Shown: positions 41,413 through 51,284 of the stretch, piece by piece
Layout: every line of letters starts with the position of its first letter
Position numbering within the stretch: position 1 is the first letter of the stretch
Assembly (NCBI GenBank): GCA_044221725.1
Contig: JBGAON010000002.1
Location: forward strand, 609,616-673,615
Length of the DNA stretch: 64,000 nucleotides
Source of the DNA: Elusimicrobiota bacterium
GTDB lineage: Bacteria; Elusimicrobiota; Elusimicrobia; F11
Direction of reading: 5' to 3'
The notes under the pieces: generated by a model
What the model saw: only the letters and a program-made list of their open reading frames with translations
Databases searched by the model: none
What the model was told of the DNA's origin: nothing
Translations under genes and position numbers: made by a program

Positions 41413-42089
41413 AACCGCTGATTCTCGCGCTCGACGTCGACACGGAGAAAGAATGTTTGTCGCTCATCAAAGCCACGCGCAAACACGTCGACGTCTACAA
41501 AATCGGCCCGAGCTTGGTTTTGAAATACGGCCCCGACATTACGAAGCGCATTCGAAAACTCGGCAAACAGATTTTTCTCGACCTTAAGTTTCATGATATT
41601 CCGAACACAATGGCGCGCTCGGTGGCCGAAGCGGCGAAGAGCGGCGTGTACAGTGCGACGGTTCATACATCGGCCGGGTTGGCCGCTTTGAAAATGGTGG
41701 CCGCGGTTAAAGGGCGTCCAAAAGTTTGGGGCGTTACCGTGTTGACGAGCCTGTCGACGCAAGATTTGTCGGAGCTCGGTCTTGATCGCTCACCACTCGA
41801 ACAAGCGAAACGTTTGGCGGAACTTGCAAAGCGGGCGGAAATTGATGGCATTGTGGCGTCGGTCGGTGAGACCGCGGTGTTACGAAAGCTGCTTGGAAAC
41901 AATTTTACGATTGTGACACCGGGCATTCGGTTACCGGAAAATTCGGTGGGGGATCAGAAGCGCGTCGCCACACCATCGCACGCGCGCGAAGCGGGCGCCA
42001 CATTTATCGTCGTGGGCCGACCGATCATTGAAGCCAAAGATCCGGCTCTCATGGCCGAACAAATTATGCGCGATTGGAACCGGCGATGA
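41409..42089 (+). CDS. pyrF: Orotidine-5'-phosphate decarboxylase
   Basis: ILALD, FLDLKFHDIPNT, VTVLTS, TPGIR, DQKRV and VVGRPI motifs. Confidence 0.96.
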   Translation: MKPLILALDVDTEKECLSLIKATRKHVDVYKIGPSLVLKYGPDITKRIRKLGKQIFLDLKFHDIPNTMARSVAEAAKSGVYSATVHTSAGLAALKMVAAVKGRPKVWGVTVLTSLSTQDLSELGLDRSPLEQAKRLAELAKRAEIDGIVASVGETAVLRKLLGNNFTIVTPGIRLPENSVGDQKRVATPSHAREAGATFIVVGRPIIEAKDPALMAEQIMRDWNRR

Positions 42090-42091
42090 TC

Positions 42092-42231
42092 CGTCATTGC
42101 GAGCGAGCATCCATAAAATTTATTAATCACGCTGGCGAAGCAATCTCCACCGAGGATTCGTTCAATTCCTCAGCAGAGATTGTTTCGATCCAATCAATTA
42201 ACGATCGTTAAGGATGGGCCTCGCAATGACG
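42092..42231. repeat. Palindromic element family D (~140 bp)
   Basis: Terminal inverted repeat cgtcattgcgag/ctcgcaatgacg; inner stems cgaagcaatctc/gagattgtttcg and gagga/tcctc. Confidence 0.8.
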
Positions 42232-42243
42232 ACCAATTCGACT

Positions 42244-42819
42244 ATGAATATTCTTGATCAATTTAAATCAAATGGGGCATTGCTCGAAGGCCACTTCATT
42301 TTGTCCTCGGGCTTGCACAGCGATCGCTACATGCAGAGCGCGCTGTTGTTGCAGCATCCGAAAATTGCGGCCGAGCTCGGGCAGAAAATTGCGGAGCATT
42401 TTTCCGGAACCATTGACACGGTGCTTTCGCCGGCGATCGGCGGATTGATCATCGGCCATGAAGTGGCGCGCGCTAAAGGCGTGCGCGCAATTTTTTCGGA
42501 GAAAGACGAACAAGGAAAGCCGGTACTGCGCCGCGGCTTTTCGTTATCCGCTGGCGAAAAAGTGCTGGTGGTTGAAGATGTGATTACGACGGGACTTTCC
42601 ACCGGCGAGGTCATCGGGCTCGCGCAAGCGGCGGGCGCGGAACTCATCGGGGTGGGATCGGTCGTGAATCGCTCCGGAACCGAAAATAGAAATTTGGCGA
42701 AATTCGGCAAACCCGTTTTTTCGTTGCTCAATTTAAAAGTCGAAAGCTGGAAGCCGGAAGAATGTGCGCTCTGTAAGAAGGGAATTCCAGCAGTAAAACC
42801 AGGATCTCGAAAGAAATAA
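42244..42819 (+). CDS. pyrE: Orotate phosphoribosyltransferase
   Basis: LLEGHFILSSGLHS, PAIGG, VVEDVITTG and C-terminal CALC..KPGSR motifs. Confidence 0.95.
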   Translation: MNILDQFKSNGALLEGHFILSSGLHSDRYMQSALLLQHPKIAAELGQKIAEHFSGTIDTVLSPAIGGLIIGHEVARAKGVRAIFSEKDEQGKPVLRRGFSLSAGEKVLVVEDVITTGLSTGEVIGLAQAAGAELIGVGSVVNRSGTENRNLAKFGKPVFSLLNLKVESWKPEECALCKKGIPAVKPGSRKK

Positions 42820-42821
42820 AA

Positions 42822-42853
42822 GTCCCTCCCCACTGAGACAACGTGGGGAGGAC
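42822..42853. other. Intergenic hairpin without a U-tract
   Basis: cctccccac-N9-gtggggagg. Confidence 0.5.
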
Positions 42854-42881
42854 ACAAATTCGAAGGAAACAGGAAAAATAA

Positions 42882-43853
42882 ATGATCACTTACAAAAAAG
42901 CAGGAGTGGATATCGACGCGGGGAATGCGCTTGTTGATCGGATCAAAAAGATGGCGCCGCGCATCGGTGGGTTTTCGGACGGCATGCCGTTGCCAAAAGG
43001 ATACAAGGAACCGATTCTTATCGGCTGCACGGACGGCGTTGGCACAAAACTTGCCATCGCCCAAAGTTTAAAAATCCACGACACGATCGGCTACGACTTG
43101 GTCGGCATGAACGTAAACGATCTCATCTGCTCGGGCGCGAAGCCGCTTTTCTTTTTGGACTATTTCGCGTGCGGAAAATTGGACGTGAATTTGGCGGAGA
43201 AAGTGGTGAAAGGAATTGTCGCCGCGTGCAAAGAATCCGACTGCGAATTGATCGGCGGGGAAACCGCCGAGATGCCAGGCTTTTACAAACCGGGCGAATA
43301 TGATCTCGCCGGCTTCGCAACCGGTGTCGTTGAAAAGAAAATGATCCTTCGTCCCAAAGAAACGCTTCGCGTGGGCGATGTTCTGCTTGGCATTCCATCG
43401 TCCGGTCTACACTCGAATGGGTATTCTCTCGTGCGTAAAGTTTTTTCGAAATCCGAATGGAAGAAAAACGCGCGCACGCTACTGGCGCCAACGCGACTGT
43501 ACGTTCGCCCGGTTTTGGCCGCGCTCAAGAAATTTAATCGCAAAGGTCCGTTTGCCATCAAAGGCCTCGTGCATGTGACGGGCGGCGGATTCCCAGACAA
43601 CATTCCGCGCATCTTGCCCGACCATTTGAGCGCCGACATCGCCGCTCACAGCTGGCCGATCCCGCCGGTGTTCACGGAGATCCGGCGCCGCGCGAATATT
43701 TCATGGGAAGATATGTACCGAACGTTCAACATGGGCATCGGCCTCATCATGGCCGTTTCACCGGACATCGTTGAACCGGTGACGCGCCAATTTAAAGACG
43801 CAGTCTACATCGGCCAGATCACGAAGGGGAAAAAAGACATTCGATATGTCTGA
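42882..43853 (+). CDS. purM: AIR synthase (phosphoribosylformylglycinamidine cyclo-ligase)
   Basis: YKKAGVDIDAG, TDGVGTK, GGETAEMPG, SSGLHSNGYSL, HVTGGG and TFNMGIG motifs. Confidence 0.97.
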   Translation: MITYKKAGVDIDAGNALVDRIKKMAPRIGGFSDGMPLPKGYKEPILIGCTDGVGTKLAIAQSLKIHDTIGYDLVGMNVNDLICSGAKPLFFLDYFACGKLDVNLAEKVVKGIVAACKESDCELIGGETAEMPGFYKPGEYDLAGFATGVVEKKMILRPKETLRVGDVLLGIPSSGLHSNGYSLVRKVFSKSEWKKNARTLLAPTRLYVRPVLAALKKFNRKGPFAIKGLVHVTGGGFPDNIPRILPDHLSADIAAHSWPIPPVFTEIRRRANISWEDMYRTFNMGIGLIMAVSPDIVEPVTRQFKDAVYIGQITKGKKDIRYV

Positions 43854-44481
43854 GCCGAAAAAACGCATTGCGGTTCTCGCTTCGGGCAACGGCTCGAACT
43901 TTCAAGCGCTGCTCGATGCGTGCCAACGCGGTGACATCAACGGCGAAATTGCCGTTCTCGTTTCAAACCAAAAGTACGCCTACGCGCTAACGCGCGCGCG
44001 GGAAGCGCATGTTGAAGCAATATTGTTCGAAGCCGCAAAGTTCAAAACGCGCACGCTCATGTGCTCGAAGATAACGCAAGCGCTCAAGGAACGGAGCATC
44101 GATCTGATTTGCTTGGCGGGCTACATGCTCAAAGTGGAACCGTGCCTCGTGCGGTCGTACCCGAACCGTATCATCAACATCCACCCGGCGCTGTTACCGA
44201 AATACGGCGGCAAGGGGATGTACGGCCGCCACGTGCATGAAGCGGTAATTGCTGCGCAGGAAACAGAATCCGGCTGCACGGTTCATCTCGTAAACGAAAT
44301 ATACGACGAAGGCCCGATCATCGCGCAAGCAAAGGTCCCCGTGTCTTCGGCGGATACGCCCGAAACACTGGCGGAAAAAATTCATGAACAAGAACACAAG
44401 TTGTATGTGTCGGTCGTCAAAGATATCTGCAGCGGAAAATTGGATTTGGATGCGCTCGCAGTAACACTGGAGAAAAAATGA
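43846..44481 (+). CDS. purN: Phosphoribosylglycinamide formyltransferase
   Basis: SGNGSNFQA, LAGYM, INIHPALLP and SGCTVH...DEGPII motifs. Confidence 0.96.
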   Translation: MSEPKKRIAVLASGNGSNFQALLDACQRGDINGEIAVLVSNQKYAYALTRAREAHVEAILFEAAKFKTRTLMCSKITQALKERSIDLICLAGYMLKVEPCLVRSYPNRIINIHPALLPKYGGKGMYGRHVHEAVIAAQETESGCTVHLVNEIYDEGPIIAQAKVPVSSADTPETLAEKIHEQEHKLYVSVVKDICSGKLDLDALAVTLEKK

Positions 44482-45770
44482 TTCCTCGTTATACACGGCA
44501 ACAAATGGCCGCCATTTGGACGGACGAACGACGCTACCGTGCGTGGTTCGACATCGAGGTTTTATCCGCTGAAGCATTGGCGAAAACCGGCAAGGTGCCA
44601 AAATCCGCGATCGCAACGCTGCGCAAAAATGCGCGCATTAATGTTCCACGCATTCTTGAGATCGAAGCGACTGTGAAGCACGACGTTATCGCGTTTCTCA
44701 CGCAACTCGAAGAGTCGATCGGCCCGGCCGCACGCTTTTTGCACATGGGACTCACGTCGAGCGATGTCGTTGATACCGCGCTCGCCGTGCAAATCAAAGA
44801 AGCCGGCGCGCTGCTCGATTTGGATTTGATTCGTTTCATTAACGTGCTTCGCCAGCTTGCGAAAAAACACAAAGACACGCCGATGGTCGGCCGATCCCAC
44901 GGTGTGCACGCCGAACCGATCACGTTCGGAGTGAAAGTCGCCGGTTGGCTTTCCGAAGCCTTGCGCAATCGCGCGCGCTTAACCGAGGCGCGCGAGATGA
45001 TTGCCGTCGGAAAATTGTCGGGCGCCGTCGGAACGTTTGCGCACAATAATCCGGACATGGAAATCTATGTTTGCAAGAAATTGGGACTTAAGCCGGAACC
45101 ACTCGCCACCCAAGTGATTCCACGCGATCGTCACGCACATTTCATGACCACACTCGCCCTCATCGCGGGCATGCTCGAACGCATTGCGACCGAGCTTCGG
45201 CACCTGCAACGGACCGAAGTTCTTGAAGCGGAAGAACCGTTTACGAAAGGGCAAAAGGGATCAAGCGCGATGCCGCACAAACGGAACCCGATTGGATCAG
45301 AAAACATCTGCGGACTCGCGCGCCTCGTGCGTGGAAACGCAATGGCCGCGCTTGAAAATATTGCGTTGTGGCACGAGCGCGATATCTCGCATTCATCGGT
45401 TGAGCGCGTGATTTTCCCGGACACAACAATTCTGTTGGACTACGCGCTGCACCGCATGGCGGGGATTCTTGAGAACTTGCAGGTTTATCCGGAGCGGATG
45501 CTGCAGAACCTCCTGAAGACGCAGGACTTTCTCGCGACACAATCCATTTTGCTTGGCCTTGTCAAAGCCGGTGTTGATCGTCAAAAAGGATACGAGATGG
45601 TTCAGAAAAATGCGCTCGAAGCATGGACGCAACAGAAATCGTTTCGAAAACTCGTCGAGGCTGACAAACGTATTACGGGTGTGTTGTCGAAAAACGATTT
45701 GGCAAAAGCCTTCGATACGTCGCGGCATTACCGGCACGTGAACACTCTGTTTAAGCGAGTGGGAGTATGA
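44478..45770 (+). CDS. purB: Adenylosuccinate lyase
   Basis: MIPRY start, HDVIAF, TSSDVVD, GRSHGVHAEP, GSSAMPHKRNP and WHERDISHSSVER motifs. Confidence 0.97.
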   Translation: MIPRYTRQQMAAIWTDERRYRAWFDIEVLSAEALAKTGKVPKSAIATLRKNARINVPRILEIEATVKHDVIAFLTQLEESIGPAARFLHMGLTSSDVVDTALAVQIKEAGALLDLDLIRFINVLRQLAKKHKDTPMVGRSHGVHAEPITFGVKVAGWLSEALRNRARLTEAREMIAVGKLSGAVGTFAHNNPDMEIYVCKKLGLKPEPLATQVIPRDRHAHFMTTLALIAGMLERIATELRHLQRTEVLEAEEPFTKGQKGSSAMPHKRNPIGSENICGLARLVRGNAMAALENIALWHERDISHSSVERVIFPDTTILLDYALHRMAGILENLQVYPERMLQNLLKTQDFLATQSILLGLVKAGVDRQKGYEMVQKNALEAWTQQKSFRKLVEADKRITGVLSKNDLAKAFDTSRHYRHVNTLFKRVGV

Positions 45771-45806
45771 CGTCGCCCTGGAACGTCTAGGCATTCCAGG
45801 ATGACG
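45771..45806. repeat. Palindromic element family A, short copy
   Basis: cgtcgccctggaacgtctaggcattccaggatgacg. Confidence 0.75.
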
Positions 45807-45814
45807 AATCAATA

Positions 45815-46465
45815 ATGAGCTTCCTTTTAAAACAATTCGAAATCGGCCCGATGCAAAATTTTGGGTACTTGATCGGAGATGAGAAAACAAAGCAAGCGCT
45901 GATTGTTGATCCGGCGTGGGATCCGACGCAAATCGTTAAAGTTGTTTCGGATAACGGTTTCAAGCTGGCGGGCCTCATCGTTACGCACGCCCATTACGAC
46001 CATGTGAACGCGATCGAAATCCTTCTCGACACGTTCGATATTCCTGTTTACGCAAACAAAGACGAGATTGCCTACGCAAAAATCGGGAATTCTATCGTGG
46101 GAAATCTCGGACGCACCGCGACGCCAATGGAAGGCAGCGACAAAATCAAGCTCGGCGAAACCGAAATCGAGTTTTTGCACACGCCCGGCCACACGCCCGG
46201 CTCGCAGTGCATTCGTGTTGGGAACCATTTGATCACGGGCGATACGCTTTTCGTGGGCGGCTGTGGCCGTTCGGACCTTCCCGGGGGAAATGCAGCGACC
46301 CTTTTTAACTCGCTTAAGAAAATCGCCCATCTGCCCGCCGACTTGGAAATTTGCCCCGGCCACGATTATGGCGAAAAACCGCGACGCACGTTGCAAGAAG
46401 AACTTCAAGTTAACCCGTATTTGAGAATGAAGACCGAAGAGTCCTTCGTCGAGGCCGTGAGCTAA
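45815..46465 (+). CDS. MBL-fold metallo-hydrolase (glyoxalase II-like)
   Basis: [27 protein letters not shown] and PGHDY motifs. Confidence 0.88.
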   Translation: MSFLLKQFEIGPMQNFGYLIGDEKTKQALIVDPAWDPTQIVKVVSDNGFKLAGLIVTHAHYDHVNAIEILLDTFDIPVYANKDEIAYAKIGNSIVGNLGRTATPMEGSDKIKLGETEIEFLHTPGHTPGSQCIRVGNHLITGDTLFVGGCGRSDLPGGNAATLFNSLKKIAHLPADLEICPGHDYGEKPRRTLQEELQVNPYLRMKTEESFVEAVS

Positions 46466-46562
46466 AAAAGTTACAATACGATTCGTCGCCGTGGCCCGTC
46501 GACGGATGCAATCGACTCGAGACAATGTAAGCCGGGCCCCAGTACCAATAGATTGGAGGAGT

Positions 46563-48590
46563 ATGCCCACAATTGCTTCAAAGAAACCCAAAAAAGCGAA
46601 CCTAACCGAACTCGCCATTAACACGATTCGTTTCCTCGCGATCGACGCGGTCGAACGCGCGAATTCGGGCCATCCCGGCATGCCAATGGGAATGGCGCCC
46701 ATTGCGTATGTGCTGTGGTCACAATTTCTGAAACACAATCCGAAAAATCCGAAGTGGCCGAACCGAGACCGCTTCGTGCTGTCGAACGGCCACGGCTCCA
46801 TGTTGCTGTACGCGATGCTGCATTTGACCGGTTACGATCTGTCGCTCGAGCAACTGAAAAATTTCCGGCAGTGGCACAGTCAAACTCCGGGCCATCCGGA
46901 ATACGGCGACACGGTTGGTGTCGAAACGACGACGGGTCCTCTGGGACAGGGCTTTGCAAATGCCGTCGGAATGGCGATGGCGCAAAAATATTTGAACAGT
47001 CTGTTTACTCCGAAGGGCAAGCCGCTTCTCGATCACAACATTTATGTGTTTGTCGGCGATGGTTGCATGATGGAAGGAATCACTTCGGAAGCCGCATCGA
47101 TGGCCGGGCACCTCGGTTTGGGCCAATTGGTTGTCATTTACGATGACAATCACATCTCCATCGAAGGAAACACGGCGCTCACGTTTGACGAAGACGTGGT
47201 GGCGCGTTTTAAAGCTTACGGTTGGCACACACAAAGCGTGAAAGACGTGAACGACGTGAAGGCAATTTCAAACGCGATCGCGGCGGCCAAGAAAGAAACG
47301 TCGAAACCGTCGTTTATTTCCGTGCGCACCCACATTGGTTACGGCAGCCCGAACAAAGTGGATACCGGTGAAGTGCACGGCTCTCCGCTCGGAAAAGGCG
47401 AAGTTCTTCTGACAAAGAAAAATCTCGATTGGCCAACCGAACCCGAGTTTTACATACCTGAGGACGTTCTTTCGTTCTACCGCGAAGCGATCGACAAAGG
47501 CCAGAAGCTCGAAAACGAATGGGAGAAAAAGTTTAATCAATGGGCCACGAAGAACCCCGATCTAAAAAAAATGTGGGACCGCCTGGCCTCGAAGCAATTT
47601 CCAGAACGATGGGAAACGCATCTGCCGGATTTTTCGGCCGATGACAAGATGGCCACACGGGTCGCTTCCGGCAAAGTGATCAATGCATTGGCACCGCTTC
47701 TGCCCGAAATGCTGGGCGGTTCGGCCGATTTAGCCCCGTCCACGAGCACGCTGATCAAAGGCGCACCGTCCTTTACCAAGAAAGCCGCCGGAAAAAATAT
47801 TCATTTCGGTGTTCGCGAACACGCGATGGCCGCGGCGCTGAACGGCATGGCGCTGTCCGAAATGCTGATTCCGTTTGGCGCCACGTTCTTTAATTTCACC
47901 GATTACATGAAAGGCGCCATGCGGCTGGGCGCGCTTATGCGACTTCAAACCATTTATGTGCTAACGCACGATTCGATTGGCTTGGGCGAAGACGGACCCA
48001 CGCATCAACCGGTCGAGCAGCTCGCGCATTTCCGCGCGATGCCAAACATGGTTGTGATTCGTCCGGCCGATGCGAACGAAACGGCGTCAGCATGGAAATT
48101 TGCACTCGAACATCGGAATGGACCGGTGCTGCTTATCCTTACACGTCAGAATTTGCCGGTGCTGCACAAGTCACGATATCCAGAAATCGGTCAAGTTGAA
48201 AAAGGCGCGTACGTTTTGTCAGAAGCGAAATCCGGAGATCCGAGCGTCATTCTTATTGCGACCGGGTCAGAGGTGTCGCTCGCGCTCGGCGCGCAGTCCA
48301 AATTGGAAGCCGACGGAATTTCGACGCGCGTCGTGTCCATGCCATCGTGGGAAATATTCCAAGCGCAACCGTCTTTTTATCGCGACGCGGTCCTACCGCA
48401 GCACGTGAAGGCGCGTTTGGCCATTGAAGCGGCGTCCACGTTTGGGTGGGAACGCTGGGTGGGAAACGAAGGCGCTGTGATCGGCATGCACACATTCGGA
48501 GCATCGGCTCCGGGACCGGTTGTGATGGAAAAATTGGGCTTCTCCGTTGATAATGTTGCCGCACAAGCGAAAAGTCTGCTAAACCGATAG
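46563..48590 (+). CDS. tkt: Transketolase
   Basis: [37 protein letters not shown] and [16 protein letters not shown] motifs; GGAGG RBS. Confidence 0.97.
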   Translation: MPTIASKKPKKANLTELAINTIRFLAIDAVERANSGHPGMPMGMAPIAYVLWSQFLKHNPKNPKWPNRDRFVLSNGHGSMLLYAMLHLTGYDLSLEQLKNFRQWHSQTPGHPEYGDTVGVETTTGPLGQGFANAVGMAMAQKYLNSLFTPKGKPLLDHNIYVFVGDGCMMEGITSEAASMAGHLGLGQLVVIYDDNHISIEGNTALTFDEDVVARFKAYGWHTQSVKDVNDVKAISNAIAAAKKETSKPSFISVRTHIGYGSPNKVDTGEVHGSPLGKGEVLLTKKNLDWPTEPEFYIPEDVLSFYREAIDKGQKLENEWEKKFNQWATKNPDLKKMWDRLASKQFPERWETHLPDFSADDKMATRVASGKVINALAPLLPEMLGGSADLAPSTSTLIKGAPSFTKKAAGKNIHFGVREHAMAAALNGMALSEMLIPFGATFFNFTDYMKGAMRLGALMRLQTIYVLTHDSIGLGEDGPTHQPVEQLAHFRAMPNMVVIRPADANETASAWKFALEHRNGPVLLILTRQNLPVLHKSRYPEIGQVEKGAYVLSEAKSGDPSVILIATGSEVSLALGAQSKLEADGISTRVVSMPSWEIFQAQPSFYRDAVLPQHVKARLAIEAASTFGWERWVGNEGAVIGMHTFGASAPGPVVMEKLGFSVDNVAAQAKSLLNR

Positions 48591-48592
48591 GC

Positions 48593-49132
48593 GTGAACAA
48601 AAAATCGCTAACCCGACGATTTGTTTTGATAAGTCTCGTGACGCTCGCGCTGAGCGCGATCGCCGCGGATCGGAATCCGAAAAATCCAATTACGGAAGAC
48701 GCACCCGACGGTAGCGGCCGCATGTTGGTGTTACCGCAAGACGTGCGCGATTTCTTGCTGAAAGAATTTCCAACCTACCGCGTTCCGAAAGACTCGGAAT
48801 ACAATCCCGAAATGTTGCAGTACTACAACTCAAGGCTCATTGGTGTGCATCCCTGCGTGGCCTGGGGGGACTTTAACGGCGACAAAAAACGAGATTACGC
48901 GTTTCTTATTATCACCGGCGACACAAAATGGGGCCCTCTCATGGAACTCGTGGTACTCAACGGACGAGGCGGAAGCAATTTCGATAGTTACCGCTTGGGC
49001 GAGGTGTACAATTTCAAAGACGATTATGTGAGTTTTGTCGATAACAAGCTTTACAAAGGCCGCTACAAGAAGGGCGGCTGGTATATTAATTGGGATAAGA
49101 AGACGAACAACTACAGCGTCTTAAAGTCGTAG
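48593..49132 (+). CDS. Hypothetical exported protein with an FG-GAP-like motif
   Basis: Signal peptide and GDFNGDKKRDYA motif; GTG start 2 bp after tkt. Confidence 0.65.
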   Translation: MNKKSLTRRFVLISLVTLALSAIAADRNPKNPITEDAPDGSGRMLVLPQDVRDFLLKEFPTYRVPKDSEYNPEMLQYYNSRLIGVHPCVAWGDFNGDKKRDYAFLIITGDTKWGPLMELVVLNGRGGSNFDSYRLGEVYNFKDDYVSFVDNKLYKGRYKKGGWYINWDKKTNNYSVLKS

Positions 49133-49146
49133 CGCTCGCCATTCTC

Positions 49147-49155
49147 TGATACAAT
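49147..49155 (+). promoter_or_regulatory. Extended -10 element upstream of miaB
   Basis: TGATACAAT; no clear -35. Confidence 0.4.
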
Positions 49156-49197
49156 CCGGTTTCGCGCCCGAATATAAACGGATCCCGCGATCACACC

Positions 49198-50544
49198 ATG
49201 AAACTTTTTACTAAGACATTTGGCTGCCAGATGAATTTCGCGGACTCCGACGAGATGACGCGAGAATTTCGTAAGCGCGGATTTTCCGCCGCCGATACCG
49301 AAGAAAACGCCGACGCCATCCTGGTCAACACCTGCACGGTTCGGGATTTGGCCGAACACAAAGCGTCTTCCTTTATTGGCACGCTAAAAGATTGGAAACA
49401 ATCTCACCCAGAAGGAATGATCGTCGTCACCGGTTGCGCGGCGGAACGAGCGAAAGAGGAATTCAAGAAGCGTTTTCCGCATATTGATTTGATTGTGGGT
49501 GCGAAAGACATCACGGAATTTCCGACGGAACTCGACGGACTTTTAAGCCGTCATCCTGGAATATCTCAATCCGGGATCCAATTTAAAATGGGCTCTGGAT
49601 TGAAAATTTCCAGCGCGACGGATGAAGAATCCTTACTGCCGCAAACTGCTTCCTCCGTCGTTCAATACGTCACCATCATGCGCGGCTGCAATTACAATTG
49701 TTCGTACTGCATTGTACCGTCGGTTCGCGGGCGTGAAGTGTACCGCGGTGTTGACGAAATTTTAAAAGACGTGGCCGATCGGGTGAACGAGGGCGCCAAA
49801 GAGATTTGGTTGCTGGGTCAAACGGTAAATTCGTACCGACCTTCGAACTCACCAAAAGTGGGTTACGATTTCGCGGATCTTTTGGGGGATGTTGCCCAAG
49901 TGCCGGGCGCCGAGCGGATCCGGTTTATTAGCCCTCATCCTTATTATATGTCCGACAAATTGATCGACACGATGGCCTCCCATCGAGCAATTTGCGAGCA
50001 CATTCATCTTCCGGTTCAGTCCGGATCCAACGAAATGCTGCGTAAAATGAAGCGGAATTACACACGCGAGATCTACATGAAAGGAATCGCCGCGTTAAGA
50101 CGCGCTATTCCGAACATCGCGATATCGACGGATATCATCGTCGGTTTTCCGGGCGAGAAAGATTCTGATTATCAACAAACACTGAGCTTGGTGAAAGAAG
50201 CGAATTTTGATTCCGCCTACTGTTTTAAATACTCGCCCCGCCCGGGAACTCTTTCCGCCGAATGGAACGACGATGTACCGGAACCCGTCAAGGAAGAGCG
50301 TGTCAATGAACTGCTGGCGCTCACCGACGCGCAAGGAACCGCCAAAGCAGCGGCGTTGATTGGGACCGAACAGGAAGTTCTACTCGAACAAGAAAAAGGA
50401 AATGCTGTGATGCGCGGGAAAACACGTGGTGCCTGGCGCGTTCGCGTGAAAAGCGATTCGCTAAAACTCGGTGAAACCATCAACGTGAAAATTACCGGAA
50501 CGCATTCGAGAGAGTTACACGCCGAATTAGGGGCTAGGAACTAG
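49198..50544 (+). CDS. miaB: tRNA-2-methylthio-N6-dimethylallyladenosine synthase
   Basis: TFGCQMN..DS, NTCTVR, GCNYNCSYC, HLPVQSGS and YSPRPGT motifs; TRAM domain. Confidence 0.92.
   Translation: MKLFTKTFGCQMNFADSDEMTREFRKRGFSAADTEENADAILVNTCTVRDLAEHKASSFIGTLKDWKQSHPEGMIVVTGCAAERAKEEFKKRFPHIDLIVGAKDITEFPTELDGLLSRHPGISQSGIQFKMGSGLKISSATDEESLLPQTASSVVQYVTIMRGCNYNCSYCIVPSVRGREVYRGVDEILKDVADRVNEGAKEIWLLGQTVNSYRPSNSPKVGYDFADLLGDVAQVPGAERIRFISPHPYYMSDKLIDTMASHRAICEHIHLPVQSGSNEMLRKMKRNYTREIYMKGIAALRRAIPNIAISTDIIVGFPGEKDSDYQQTLSLVKEANFDSAYCFKYSPRPGTLSAEWNDDVPEPVKEERVNELLALTDAQGTAKAAALIGTEQEVLLEQEKGNAVMRGKTRGAWRVRVKSDSLKLGETINVKITGTHSRELHAELGARN
49549..49620. repeat. Palindromic element family A, in-frame inside miaB (72 bp = 24 codons)
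   Basis: cgtcatcctggaatatctcaatccgggatccaatttaaaatgggctctggattgaaaatttccagcgcgacg closely matches 11830-11902; encodes RHPGISQSGIQFKMGSGLKISSAT. Confidence 0.85.
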
Positions 50545-50609
50545 GAACGTCTTTATAGTAGGCTCCCGACGGATTTTGGATGGAAAAGCCTTTTCCCTCG
50601 GAGGTTTTT

Positions 50610-51083
50610 ATGAAAGAGCGCCGGAAACACAAACGCCTTCCCGTCATTAAAGATTTGGCCGAACCGATTGAACTCGCGGTCACAAATCCCAAAACCAAGG
50701 ACACGCGACACCTGCCTGGTGTGCTCACAAATCTCTCCGCCGGTGGAATGGATTTGGTTTTGCTCGGTGCTATCGAAGGAAGCCCCGCTATTAAACTGAA
50801 CATGCATTTGCCGGGCTTCGACCGGTTTGAAGTGGAAGGAAAACTTGTGTGGGCGAAACCAAAAGGCAATACGTCTATCGTCGGAATTCAATTCACGAAA
50901 ATCGACGGCGATCACGCGAACCAACTGACCCATATGGCCGAAGCTTTTTGGGAATGCGAGGACCGCATTCGAGAAAAAGCGTCCATAATTTGTTTTCACG
51001 GCTGCACCTATTGGGATCTGTGCGAAAAACCCGCCAAGCTGAAGAATTACCCGAAACCATCGCCCGTTAGCTCGAGAGGATAA
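50610..51083 (+). CDS. PilZ-domain protein with a Cys-rich tail
   Basis: ERRKHKR (RxxxR) and NLSAGG (D/NxSxxG), GIQF; GGAGG RBS before ATG 50610. Confidence 0.85.
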   Translation: MKERRKHKRLPVIKDLAEPIELAVTNPKTKDTRHLPGVLTNLSAGGMDLVLLGAIEGSPAIKLNMHLPGFDRFEVEGKLVWAKPKGNTSIVGIQFTKIDGDHANQLTHMAEAFWECEDRIREKASIICFHGCTYWDLCEKPAKLKNYPKPSPVSSRG

Positions 51084-51177
51084 TCCCGCGGGACCGCCAG
51101 GTCCCGCCGCAATAATAAGGACGTATCTATCAGCCTGCCCCCGGCCGGTGCCGCAATTCCTTACCGGCCTCTAAGCG

Positions 51178-51193
51178 TGTGACTTAAGTCACC
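51178..51193. promoter_or_regulatory. CRP/FNR-family-like palindromic site
   Basis: TGTGA-cttaag-TCACC; contains the perfect 14-bp palindrome gtgacttaagtcac, ~90 bp before the 51285 start. Confidence 0.5.
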
Positions 51194-51284
51194 AAAATAT
51201 CCTGCTTTCTGTCATTGAAATATCACATCGGCCCTTTATCCTCCTTCTCAATATGTCACTTATTACCCTCAGGAGGGGCTAATC

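Noticed and set aside
51088..51107. Hairpin gcgggacc/ggtcccgc after the PilZ gene as a terminator
   Set aside because: Good stem but no U-tract, so it cannot be called an intrinsic terminator.
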